From: Verrucomicrobiia bacterium
GTDB taxonomy: Bacteria; Acidobacteriota; Polarisedimenticolia; Gp22-AA2
Reading direction: 5' to 3'
Assembly (NCBI GenBank): GCA_035638075.1
Contig: DASRAU010000015.1
Location: 19,609 to 83,608, forward strand
Length of the DNA: 64,000 bases
The notes under the pieces were generated by a model that was not told where the DNA came from, ran no database searches, and worked only from the letters and a program-made list of their open reading frames with translations. Both the position numbers and the translations under genes were made by a program. Below are positions 1 to 8,540 of this stretch, in pieces (the stretch's first letter is position 1; the number at the start of each line of letters is the position of its first letter).

Positions 1-888
1 CGCCGCCCTTTCCGTCGCACTGAAGCGATGGTGATCGGCGAAGCGCCGCGCTCCGACCAGGCGCGCCCCGAGACGGCGCAGATCCGCCTCGAAGCGATCG
101 GGACGCGCGATCCCGGAGAGAGCGAACACCGCCCGCCCGCGCAGCGCGTCCAGGGGCAGGGGCGGCTCGTCGGGCCGGACCAGGCGGCTCGGGACGATGC
201 GGGCGTGGAAGATCGGCGCGTTCGGATGGTGACGCTCCAGGGCGGCGCGGAGAGCCGGCGGAACGGCGCCGTCGCCGCGCGTCACGACAAGAGCATCGGC
301 CCGGCGCATCCCCGAGATCGGTTCGCGCAGCGGGCCGAAGGGCAGGATTCTACCATTGCCGAAAGGGGCCTCGCCGTCGACGAGGAGCAGGTCGACATCA
401 CGCGCGACGGCGCGATGCTGGAAGGCATCGTCGAGCAGGAGGACGCGGGGGGCGGGCTTTTCCGGAAGAAGGCCGAACGCCATCCGCCGGTCCGCCGCGA
501 CCGCGACCACGGCACGCGGGTGCGCCTGCGCCAGGAGCACCGGCTCGTCCCCGGCGGCCTCGGGGCCGGCGAGCAGGCGCGCGCCGTCCGACACCAGGAC
601 CGGAGCGCTCCCGGCCCGGCCGTAGCCGCGGCTGACGATGCCGACCGCGAACCCGCGGGCCAGAAGCGCCCCGGCGAGCGACGAGGTCACCGGGGTTTTC
701 CCCGAGCCGCCGACCGTCAGGTTGCCGATCGACACGACGGGCCACGCGAGGCTCGCCGGATGGAGGACCCCGCGGTCGTAGAGCCCGTTCCGGAGCCGCA
801 CGGCGCCGCGATAGAGCAGCGCGGGGAGCGCGAGCGCCGCCTGCGCGAGAGGGGAGCGGCGAAACGGATCGGTCGCCGTCACGTCCGG
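1..888 (-). CDS. lpxK: tetraacyldisaccharide 4'-kinase LpxK (C-terminal part runs off window start)
   Basis: Minus-strand frame absent from ORF track because it runs off the window. The reverse complement of ~650-720 translates to LTVGGSGKTPVTSSLAGALL, the LpxK P-loop (VGGxGKTP). The upstream LLYRGAVRLRNGLY...SIGNLTVGG matches the LpxK N-terminus. Candidate GTG start near 888. Lies directly downstream of kdtA on the same strand. Confidence 0.6.
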
Positions 889-920
889 CGTGCGCGCCGG
901 CTGCGCCGCTTCATGCTCCC

Positions 921-2249
921 TCACCCGCGCACGGCCCCGCGCGGCGGCTTCGTGCCGAGGGCGCCGGCCAGAAGCGCGACGGTGCGTTCGAGCGCGCCGC
1001 GATTCCGCTTCACGGTGTCGCGCGCCCGCGCGCCCGCCGCCGATCGGGCCGCGGAGTCGTGCGCCAGCCGCAGCACCTCCGCGGCGAGGGCCCGACCGTC
1101 CGCGACCTGGAAGCCTCCCCCGGACGCGACGAGCGCTTCGGCCGCGAAGCGCACCGTGTCCACGTGCGGACCGAACAGGACCGGCACACCGGCGGCCGCC
1201 GGCTCGAGCAGGTTCTGGCCACCTCTTGATACCAGGCTCCCGCCGACGAACGCCACGGTGGCGCAGGCATAGATCGCGGGGAGGACCCCCATGCGGTCCA
1301 CCACCACGACGTCATACCCCGGATCCGCCGGCGAAGCCGTGCCGCCCGCATCCTCGAAAGAGCTCCAGGGACGCACGCGCCAGCCGGGCCGTTCGAGCAG
1401 TCGGCGTGCCGGCGTCACGTCCTCCGGATGGCGCGGGGCGATGACCAGGAGAGCATCCGGGACCGCGGCCCGCAAAGCGGCGAAGGCGTCCGCCACCGGC
1501 GCCGCCTCGGCGCGGGCGGTGCTCCCGGCGACGAAGACGACCGCATCGGCGCGCAGGCCGAGCCGCCGGCGCACGGGATCCCCGGCCGCTTCGGGCACCG
1601 GGAGATCGAACTTGATGTTCCCCGTGGTCCTGACGCGATCCGCCGGCACGCCCAGCGTCACGAAGCGCCCCGCGTCCTCCTGCGACTGCGCCGCGACGAG
1701 CTGCATCGCCGCCATCCCCGGGGCGAAGAGCGAGCGCGCGCGGCGCTGACGCGAGAAGCCGCGCGGAGACAGCCGCCCGTTGACCACGAGCACCGGGACG
1801 CCGCGGAGAGGCGCCAGGCGCATGAGATTCGGCCACAGCTCGGTCTCGACGAGCACGAGCGCGCGCGGCCGCGCGGCGTCGAGGAAGCGGCCGATCGGCC
1901 CGGGCAGATCGAGCGGGAGAGCGCTGACCGCATCAGCCGCTCCGGGCGACCGTTCGCTGCGCCAGCGCTCCGCGAGCGCGCGCCCCGTGGCGGTCGTGGT
2001 CGTCAGCAGGATCGGAAGTGCCAGCCGCGGGCGCAGCGCGGCGATGAGCGCGTGCGCCAGCCGTACCTCGCCGAAGGAGACCGCGTGCACCCAGAGGGCG
2101 CCTTTGGGAAGGGAGGAGAGCTGCGGCGCACGTCCCAGCCGCTCGCGCCAGGGGACGGCGGGCCGGCCGTGAAGCGCTGCCATGACGATCTGGTAAGGGA
2201 TCGACGCGACCCAGGCCAGCCGCAGGGCCGCCCCGTAGAGGGCGTCCAT
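921..2249 (-). CDS. waaA: 3-deoxy-D-manno-octulosonic acid (Kdo) transferase
   Basis: 442 aa. Contains the HAVSFGE, ETELWPN, VNGRLS and FVGGSLV..GGQNLLEPAA motifs and is collinear with E. coli WaaA/KdtA. Confidence 0.85.
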   Translation of the reverse strand: MDALYGAALRLAWVASIPYQIVMAALHGRPAVPWRERLGRAPQLSSLPKGALWVHAVSFGEVRLAHALIAALRPRLALPILLTTTTATGRALAERWRSERSPGAADAVSALPLDLPGPIGRFLDAARPRALVLVETELWPNLMRLAPLRGVPVLVVNGRLSPRGFSRQRRARSLFAPGMAAMQLVAAQSQEDAGRFVTLGVPADRVRTTGNIKFDLPVPEAAGDPVRRRLGLRADAVVFVAGSTARAEAAPVADAFAALRAAVPDALLVIAPRHPEDVTPARRLLERPGWRVRPWSSFEDAGGTASPADPGYDVVVVDRMGVLPAIYACATVAFVGGSLVSRGGQNLLEPAAAGVPVLFGPHVDTVRFAAEALVASGGGFQVADGRALAAEVLRLAHDSAARSAAGARARDTVKRNRGALERTVALLAGALGTKPPRGAVRG

Positions 2250-2386
2250 CGCCGCGCGAGTCTATGGGATCGACCGGGGAGCGTCAACGGACCGACACAC
2301 GGGCGGCGGGCCCCGAGAGCGGGGCGGCGCGGGTCACCGCGGCCGGGCATTGGCGCCCCGCGATCCTCCTTCCTATATTGGTTGGG

Positions 2387-3622
2387 ATGAGCCGTCCCGT
2401 CGTCCTCATCATCGACAACGCCTCCGTCACGCGCGTGATGCACAAGGAGGCGATCGAGGCCTCCTGCCCGAAGGAGATCGAGGTGCTCACGACCGCCTCG
2501 GCCGAGGAGGCGCTCGGCACGCTCTACGCGCTGCGCGACCAGGGACGGACGATCGAGATGGTCATCGTGTCGCAGGGTCTGCCGGGCATCGCCGGCAACC
2601 GCCTGCTCGAGATCGTCTCGACGCAGTTCCCGGCGGTGTGCCGCATCCTCCTGAGCGACAAGCCGTCGCTCGACGAGGCGATCTACGCCTTCAACAACTC
2701 GGGGGTCGATCGCTACATCCCGCTGCCGTGGGAGAAGGAAGACATCAAGTTCACCATCACGTCGCTCCTGCGCCAGCGGGAGATGAGCCGGCTCAACGAG
2801 CGGCTCCTCTCCGACCTCCAGGTGCGCAACCAGGAGCTGGTGGTGGCGTTCCGCAACCTCGACGAGGCGAAGAAGGAGAACGAGCGGTCGTACATCCAGA
2901 CCGTCCAGTCGCTGGCGGTGGCGCTCGAGGCGAAGGACCGCTACACCGCCGGCCACTCGCAGCGGGTGGCGCGCTTCGCCACCCTCATCGCCCGCTCGAT
3001 GGCGCTGGGGCGGGAGGAGCTGGAGATCGTCAGCCAGGTGGCCCTCCTGCACGACATCGGCAAGATCGGCATGCTCGACGCCATCCTGAACAAGCCGTCC
3101 AACCTGACGCCCGAGGAGCGCGAGCTGGTCAAGTCGCACCCGGTGGTCGGGGCGCAGATCCTCGCGCCGGTGAAGACCTTCGAGCGCCACGTCGCCGGCA
3201 TCCGCTACCACCACGAGATGTTCGACGGCAGCGGCTACCCGGACAAGCTGAAGGGGGAGGAGATTCCCTTGCCGGCGCGCATCGTGTCGCTCGCCGACGC
3301 CTTCGACGCCATGACCTCGACCCGCCCGTACCGCATCGGCCTGCCGCTGGCCTTCGCCATGCAGGAGATGATCAAGATGCGCGGCCGCCAGTTCTGCCCG
3401 CTCGCCGTGGACGCCTTCGTCCGCGTCCTGCAGCAGACGGGCGTCGGCGACGTGCAGGGACTCGTCAGTACGCCCGCGGGCACCTCGACCGGCCCGAACC
3501 CGGCGGTGACCGCCGCGCCGGCCGCGAGCGCCCCCGCGCCGGACCCCGGTGCCCCGGGGAATGGCACGGCTGCGACGGAATCCTCGGAACGTCCCGACGA
3601 CCCCCAGCGCAAAGCGGCCTGA
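2387..3622 (+). CDS. response regulator with receiver domain and HD-GYP phosphodiesterase domain (RpfG-like)
   Basis: True start is likely the ATG at 2387 (MSRPVVLIIDNASV), in frame with listed ORF 2264. Receiver-like N-terminus followed by an HD domain (HDIGKIG) and GYP motif (DGSGYP). Pro/Ala-rich C-terminal tail. Confidence 0.85.
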   Translation: MSRPVVLIIDNASVTRVMHKEAIEASCPKEIEVLTTASAEEALGTLYALRDQGRTIEMVIVSQGLPGIAGNRLLEIVSTQFPAVCRILLSDKPSLDEAIYAFNNSGVDRYIPLPWEKEDIKFTITSLLRQREMSRLNERLLSDLQVRNQELVVAFRNLDEAKKENERSYIQTVQSLAVALEAKDRYTAGHSQRVARFATLIARSMALGREELEIVSQVALLHDIGKIGMLDAILNKPSNLTPEERELVKSHPVVGAQILAPVKTFERHVAGIRYHHEMFDGSGYPDKLKGEEIPLPARIVSLADAFDAMTSTRPYRIGLPLAFAMQEMIKMRGRQFCPLAVDAFVRVLQQTGVGDVQGLVSTPAGTSTGPNPAVTAAPAASAPAPDPGAPGNGTAATESSERPDDPQRKAA

Positions 3623-3629
3623 ACGGCGC

Positions 3630-3685
3630 TTGACAGACCCGGAGCGCCGCGGTAGCCTTTCAATGGTATATAAAACCTATATATG
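3630..3685 (+). promoter_or_regulatory. candidate promoter/operator: TTGACA -35 followed by AT-rich TATATA-N5-TATATA direct repeat abutting the RHH start codon
   Basis: TTGACA at 3630-3635. TATATAAAACCTATATATG at 3667-3685 is a rare AT-rich island in a ~70% GC genome, and the ATG at its end is the start of the RHH ORF. Confidence 0.4.
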
Positions 3686-3946
3686 AACCGTATACGCACG
3701 AGGAACGCGAGGACGGCGGGATCCACCTCCGGCGCCGGGACGGGGAAGCGCCGGGTGCGCTCCTTCACCGCCACGCGGCAGGACCTGACGATGCTCGACA
3801 CGGTGGCCCGGTATCACGGGTTCTCGAAGAGCGCGACGATCGCGAGCCTCGTCCGCCGCGAGTTCTGGCGCCTGTTCCCGGCCGGGATCCGCGGCATCCG
3901 GCCGGAGCGCGGGGCGCGGGTGATCGGGAGGGGCCATGCCGGCTGA
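3683..3946 (+). CDS. ribbon-helix-helix (CopG/Arc-like) DNA-binding protein
   Basis: 87 aa. RRVRSFTATRQDLTMLDTVARYHGFSKSATIASLVRREF fits the RHH pattern: beta-strand, then L..LD..A...G.S.S..I..LV. Its end overlaps the nadA start by 11 nt. Confidence 0.6.
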   Translation: MNRIRTRNARTAGSTSGAGTGKRRVRSFTATRQDLTMLDTVARYHGFSKSATIASLVRREFWRLFPAGIRGIRPERGARVIGRGHAG

Positions 3947-4934
3947 AGCCGCGCTCGCCGAGAGTTTCGTCCCGGAGATCTGGCGTCCGGCCGATCCCGC
4001 GGCCACCCGGGCCCTCATCGCCGAAGTGAAGGCGCTGGCGCGCGAGCGGGACGCGGTCCTGCTGGCGCACAACTACCAGCTCCCGGAGGTGCAGGAGGCG
4101 GCCGATTTCGTCGGCGACTCGCTCGGACTGTCGCTGCAGGCGCAGAAGACCTCCGCCTCGACCATCGTCTTCTGCGGCGTCCACTTCATGGCCGAATCGG
4201 CCCGCATCCTCAACCCGGACAAGACGGTCCTGCTGCCGAACCTCGCCGCCGGCTGCGCGCTGGCGGATTCGATCAGCCCCGAGTCTCTCCTCGAGTGGAA
4301 GGCCCGCTATCCCGGCCACGCGGTGGTGACCTACATCAACAGCAGCGCCGAAGTGAAGGCGCTGTCGGACATCTGCTGCACCTCGGCGAACGCCGTGTCG
4401 GTGGTGCGCAGCCTGTCGGAGCGGGACATCCTGTTCACCCCGGACCGCAACCTCGGCCGCTGGGTGGCGAAGCAGGTGCCGGAGAAAAACGTCGTCGTCT
4501 ACGACGGCGCCTGCCCGACCCACGAGGTGCTTCGCTCCGCCAGCCTCGACCTGGTGAAGCGCAACCGCCCCGAGGCCGTCGTCATCGCCCACCCGGAGTG
4601 CCGCGAGGATGTGCTCGCCATCGCCGACGAGATCTGCTCCACCTCGGGCATGATCGACGCGGTGGGGCGGCACCCCGAAGCGGACACCTTCATCGTCGCC
4701 ACCGAGTGGGCCCTCATCCACCAGCTGCAGAAGCGCTACCCGGGGAAGGAATTCGTTTCCGCCGACGGCTGCATCGGGTGCCGGCTGCACTGCCCCTACA
4801 TGAAGATGATCGACCTGCCGGCGGTGCGCCGCGCGCTCCTCGAGAACGTCTTCCCGATCGAGGTGGACGCCGACGACGCGGCGGGAGCCCGCCGGGCCCT
4901 CGAGCGCATGATGGCCGTCCCCCGCGACCGCTGA
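3936..4934 (+). CDS. nadA: quinolinate synthase
   Basis: 332 aa. Has HNYQ, VHFMAE and YINSSAEVKA, plus Cys ligands for the [4Fe-4S] cluster, as in NadA. Confidence 0.9.
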   Translation: MPAEAALAESFVPEIWRPADPAATRALIAEVKALARERDAVLLAHNYQLPEVQEAADFVGDSLGLSLQAQKTSASTIVFCGVHFMAESARILNPDKTVLLPNLAAGCALADSISPESLLEWKARYPGHAVVTYINSSAEVKALSDICCTSANAVSVVRSLSERDILFTPDRNLGRWVAKQVPEKNVVVYDGACPTHEVLRSASLDLVKRNRPEAVVIAHPECREDVLAIADEICSTSGMIDAVGRHPEADTFIVATEWALIHQLQKRYPGKEFVSADGCIGCRLHCPYMKMIDLPAVRRALLENVFPIEVDADDAAGARRALERMMAVPRDR

Positions 4935-4939
4935 CCGCG

Positions 4940-4969
4940 TTGACGCCCCGCGCGACCCCGGCCTAGAAT
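4940..4969 (+). promoter_or_regulatory. sigma70-like promoter (TTGACG-N18-TAGAAT) upstream of HD-GYP sensor gene
   Basis: TTGACG at 4940-4945 and TAGAAT at 4964-4969, about 20 nt upstream of the GTG start at 4989. Confidence 0.4.
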
Positions 4970-4988
4970 CCCCGGCGCCTGCCGGGAT

Positions 4989-6818
4989 GTGTTGACGAGG
5001 CCTGCCGGAGTGAAAACAGCGACCAAAGCGAACCCGACTCCTCCCGCGCCCGGCCGGACCCCTCCCGTGGCCGCGCCCGCGCGGGAGTTCTCCGCCGTGC
5101 CGCGGCACGACGAGATCGAGCGGCCGCGCGGGCGCATCGTCTACACCTTCCTGCTCGTCCTGCTCCTGGCGGGACTGCTCCCCCTCGCCATCGTGGCGCA
5201 GAAGCTCATCGCCATCAGCCGCGAGTCGCTCATCACCTCGCAGCAGGAGGTCCAGCTGCAGATGGCCTCGTCGATCGCGCGGCAGATCGAGGCCTCGCTG
5301 CAGGCCCGGGTCGCCGAGCTGGCGCGGCTGGCGGAGGGCAGCTCGGTGGCGCGCGGCGAGGTGCACACCCCCGAGGCCGCCAACGCGGCGCTGCAGCGCT
5401 ACCTCGGGAACGGCCTGGTGCTGCTGCGCCTGACGGCGCCCGGAGTCGTCCCGATCGAGGCGCGCGAGTCCGGTCTGCAGCTGCCGGGGGCGGCGGAGTC
5501 GGCGATCGCCGGGCTGAGCGCGGGAGACGGCCAGCCGGCGCTCGGCGAGACCATCCAGTTTCCGGGGAGCGGCGGGGCGCGCGCGCTCCTGCCGATCGCG
5601 GTGCCGGCCGGCACGGCGGGGAGCGGCCGCGTCCTGACCGGTGTTGTGGACCTGTCGGCGCTGTGGGCCCCGGTCTCCTCCACCAGCCCGTCGGGGTACA
5701 CCGTGTACCTGCTCGATCGCAACGCGAACCTGCTGGCCTCGGTGGACGAGACCGGGACGCTGCAGCGCGATGACCTGCGCTCCTACGGCGTCGTGCAGGA
5801 GTTCCAGCAGAGCGGCGGGCGTTCCGCCATCACCACCGGGTTCACCACGATGCGCGACGGCAAGCCGGTGGAGTACCTCGCCTCCGTGGACGGGACCTCG
5901 CAGGGGTGGGGCATCTTCGTCCAGCTCGAGAAGCGCAAGGCCTACGCCGCGGTCGAGCAGATGGTGCGCACCACCGTCATCTGGGCGGGCCTCGCCGCCG
6001 GCCTGGCGCTGGTGCTCGCGTACCTGCTCGCCGCCACCGTGACGCGCCCTATCCATGCGCTGGCCGCCGGCACCGAGGCGTTCGCGCGCGGGGCCCTCGA
6101 CCACCGCGTCGCGGTGTCGAGCCGCAACGAGCTCGGCGCCCTGGCCGCGACCTTCAACGGCATGGCCCGGCAGATGCAGGAGTACATCCAGCGCCTCAAG
6201 GTGGCGGCGCAGGTCAACAACGAGCTGTTCATGGGGACCATCCGGGCGCTCGCCGACGCCATCGACGAGAAGGATCCGTACACGCGGGGTCACTCGGAAC
6301 GCGTCAACCACTACGCGGTCCTCCTCGCCAAGCAGCTCGGGCTCGAGAAGAAGGAGATCCGCCAGGTCCACATCGCGTCGCTGTTCCATGACATCGGCAA
6401 GATCGGCATCGAGGACAAGATCCTGCGCAAGCCGGCGATGCTCACCGACGAGGAATACACCGTCATGAAACAGCACCCCGAGAAGGGGGCGCAGATGCTG
6501 TCGAAGATCAAGGCGCTGCACGACATCATCCCGGGCATGCGCTTCCACCACGAGCGCTGGGACGGCACCGGCTACCCGCTCGGCCTGAAGGGGGAGCAGA
6601 TCCCGGTGCCGGCGCGCATCGTGGCGGTGGCGGACGCCTTCGACGCCATGACCACCAACCGGCCGTATCAGAAGGCGATGCCGTTCGACAAGGCGATCGA
6701 GCGCCTGCTCGAACTGTCGGAACGGGTCTACGATCGCAAGGTGGTCATCGCCTTCGCCGAGGCGTTCCGCGCGGGGCAGTTCAAGCAGCCGCACGCCGCC
6801 GACGTCGAAGAGCAGTGA
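4989..6818 (+). CDS. membrane sensor protein: periplasmic (Cache-like) domain, HAMP, HD-GYP phosphodiesterase
   Basis: 609 aa, GTG start. TM segment LLVLLLAGLLPLAIVA, periplasmic region, second TM, then a HAMP-like linker. The C-terminal HD-GYP domain carries HDIGKIG and DGTGYP. Confidence 0.8.
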   Translation: MLTRPAGVKTATKANPTPPAPGRTPPVAAPAREFSAVPRHDEIERPRGRIVYTFLLVLLLAGLLPLAIVAQKLIAISRESLITSQQEVQLQMASSIARQIEASLQARVAELARLAEGSSVARGEVHTPEAANAALQRYLGNGLVLLRLTAPGVVPIEARESGLQLPGAAESAIAGLSAGDGQPALGETIQFPGSGGARALLPIAVPAGTAGSGRVLTGVVDLSALWAPVSSTSPSGYTVYLLDRNANLLASVDETGTLQRDDLRSYGVVQEFQQSGGRSAITTGFTTMRDGKPVEYLASVDGTSQGWGIFVQLEKRKAYAAVEQMVRTTVIWAGLAAGLALVLAYLLAATVTRPIHALAAGTEAFARGALDHRVAVSSRNELGALAATFNGMARQMQEYIQRLKVAAQVNNELFMGTIRALADAIDEKDPYTRGHSERVNHYAVLLAKQLGLEKKEIRQVHIASLFHDIGKIGIEDKILRKPAMLTDEEYTVMKQHPEKGAQMLSKIKALHDIIPGMRFHHERWDGTGYPLGLKGEQIPVPARIVAVADAFDAMTTNRPYQKAMPFDKAIERLLELSERVYDRKVVIAFAEAFRAGQFKQPHAADVEEQ

Positions 6819-6855
6819 GACGGTCGCGGCGCCCCGGCACCGCGCGGAGGATTCC

Positions 6856-7248
6856 ATGAGCATCGGCGACAGCGACGACGTTTCGACCCTCACCCGCCGC
6901 GACGTCAAGAAGGCGGTGAAGGAGGCGGTGGACGAGCTCCTCGGCCTCGGAGAGACCCGCATGTCGGGGCGCTTCGAGGGCGGGACGCTCGTCATCAAGC
7001 CGGGCAAGACGGACACGCAGGAGAAGACCATCCCGGTGGACGCCCTGTTCCACAAGATCACCATGGTGCGGGACCGCCTGCGGGTTCTCGAGCAGCGCAT
7101 CAACGCGCACGCCAAGCTCTCGTCCGAGGACAAGGTGGAGCTGCAGCAGTACGTGACCCGCTGCTACGGCTCGCTGACCTCGTTCAACGTGCTCTTCCGC
7201 GATCGCGAGGACTGGTTCGTCGGCTCCTCGTCGCGCGGCGACGACTAG
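6856..7248 (+). CDS. hypothetical protein (130 aa, unknown function)
   Basis: Balanced composition, unlike the Arg/Ala-rich spurious ORFs. Ends 17 nt before the LexA-like gene on the same strand. No recognisable motif. Confidence 0.55.
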   Translation: MSIGDSDDVSTLTRRDVKKAVKEAVDELLGLGETRMSGRFEGGTLVIKPGKTDTQEKTIPVDALFHKITMVRDRLRVLEQRINAHAKLSSEDKVELQQYVTRCYGSLTSFNVLFRDREDWFVGSSSRGDD

Positions 7249-7265
7249 AGCGGCCGGGCGGCCCG

Positions 7266-7817
7266 ATGCTTCCGACGCGGCGGCAGAAGGCGGTCCTCGA
7301 GGCGATCGAGGCGCACCTGTCCGAGACGGGCCAGGCGCCGACGCTCGTGGAGATCGCCCGCCGCTGCGGCCTGTCTTCGGTCGCGACGGTGCACCGGCAC
7401 CTGGCGCTCCTCCAGGACCGGGGCCTCCTCAAGCGCCGCCGCAGCCGCCGGCGCGGCATCGAGCTGCGCCCGGCCGCACGCTCCAGCCCGGCGGTGACGG
7501 TGCCGCTCCTCGGCACGATCACGCCGGAGCGGCCCATCGAGGCGATCCCCTCGGCGTCGACCGTGTCGCTGCCGCGGGAGCTGGTGCGCCGTCCCGCCGA
7601 GACCTTCGTCCTGCAGGTGAAGGGGGACGCCCTGCGCGACGATCAGATCCTCGACGGCGACCTGCTCATCGCCGAACGGCGCGAGCAGCGTCGCGACGGC
7701 GAGCCGTGCGTCGCGGTGCAGGCCGGCGGGGGAGCCGTGTTGAAGAGCGGCGCGCGGGCTTGCGAGTCCGAACGGGTCCTCGGTGTCCTCACCGGACTGC
7801 TGCGCCGTTACGACTAG
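7266..7817 (+). CDS. LexA-like repressor paralog, predicted non-cleavable (cleavage site and catalytic Ser lost, C-terminus truncated)
   Basis: 183 aa. N-terminus TRRQKAVLEAIEAHLSETGQAPTLVEIARRCGLSSVATVHRHLALLQDRGLL aligns with the LexA winged helix. VPLLGTITPERP replaces the LexA VAAGEP, so there is no Ala-Gly. VKGDALRDDQILDGDLL replaces GDSM, giving Ser to Ala. The Lys is retained (AVLKSG), but the protein stops about 40 aa before the LexA end. Confidence 0.7.
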   Translation: MLPTRRQKAVLEAIEAHLSETGQAPTLVEIARRCGLSSVATVHRHLALLQDRGLLKRRRSRRRGIELRPAARSSPAVTVPLLGTITPERPIEAIPSASTVSLPRELVRRPAETFVLQVKGDALRDDQILDGDLLIAERREQRRDGEPCVAVQAGGGAVLKSGARACESERVLGVLTGLLRRYD

Positions 7818-7936
7818 AGGGCCCCGCGCCTATTTGACCGACCGCCGACCGCATGTTAGCCTTCGCACCTTTTCCATTGCGCTTCGTACATCACGACTGC
7901 GCTTTTCCACCCGTCACTGCGAGGGGAGGTCAGAAC

Positions 7937-8509
7937 ATGAAATGGACCCGCGCCGTGCTCGTACCCGTGGCCCTGGTCGTCGTGGCGATGACCATGGCCG
8001 TTGCTTCGTCTCCAGCGTTCGCGCAGGACACCACCACCACGACCACCACCGCGCCTTCGACGTATCACTCCGCCGGCAACGCCCCGGGGATCCGCTGGGA
8101 CGGCTGGGGCCCGCGCGTCGGCGTCAGCTTCAACCCCGATCAGTTCTGGGGCGGCGTGCACTTCAATCTCGGCTATTTCGCGCGCGACGTGCGCTTCCGG
8201 CCGAGCATCTGGATGGGTTTCGGGGATGACGTCACGCTCATCACCGGCATGGCCGAGGTCCACTACATCTTCTCCAAGGTGCAGGTCTGGAAGCCGTACG
8301 TGGGCGGCGGGCTGGGGCTCACCTGGGTCAACGCCGACGAGGACAGCAAGTGGGACGACAAGCTGAGCGACACCGAGATCGCCTTCCAGGCCGTCGGCGG
8401 CGTCGAGACCAAGCTGCACTCCGGCGCCCTCCTCGGCTTCGAGGGGCGCATCGGCATCGCCGACGCCGATCCGGACCTCATGCTGGGCGTGACGTGGAGC
8501 TTCAAGTAA
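7937..8509 (+). CDS. outer-membrane beta-barrel protein (OmpW/OmpA-like small barrel)
   Basis: Start at MKWTRAVLVPVALVVVAMTMAVASSPAFAQ (signal peptide). Thr-rich linker, alternating hydrophobic strands, and a C-terminal aromatic WSFK. Confidence 0.7.
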   Translation: MKWTRAVLVPVALVVVAMTMAVASSPAFAQDTTTTTTTAPSTYHSAGNAPGIRWDGWGPRVGVSFNPDQFWGGVHFNLGYFARDVRFRPSIWMGFGDDVTLITGMAEVHYIFSKVQVWKPYVGGGLGLTWVNADEDSKWDDKLSDTEIAFQAVGGVETKLHSGALLGFEGRIGIADADPDLMLGVTWSFK

Positions 8510-8540
8510 AGCCGGCGACTCCGGCCCAAAGTCCCGGAGC

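Noticed and set aside
28-1272. 414-aa plus-strand ORF, and many similar long ORFs listed in the track, e.g. 3765..7133(-), 35850..39653(-), 52432..54171(+), 54362..56473(+), 45180..47021(-), 14690..16582(-)
   Set aside because: They are extremely Arg/Ala/Pro/Gly-rich and antisense or out of frame to genes with clear family signatures. This is the typical shadow ORF artefact of ~70% GC DNA.
3623-3935. Possible NAD+ (nadA-motif) riboswitch upstream of nadA
   Set aside because: From memory, a tandem-domain NAD+ riboswitch occurs upstream of nadA in Acidobacteria. Here the space is occupied by an ORF with a convincing RHH fold signature that overlaps the nadA start, and only ~60 nt of leader remains. 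This is too short for the riboswitch, and I could not recognise its conserved stems. A covariance-model scan would settle it.
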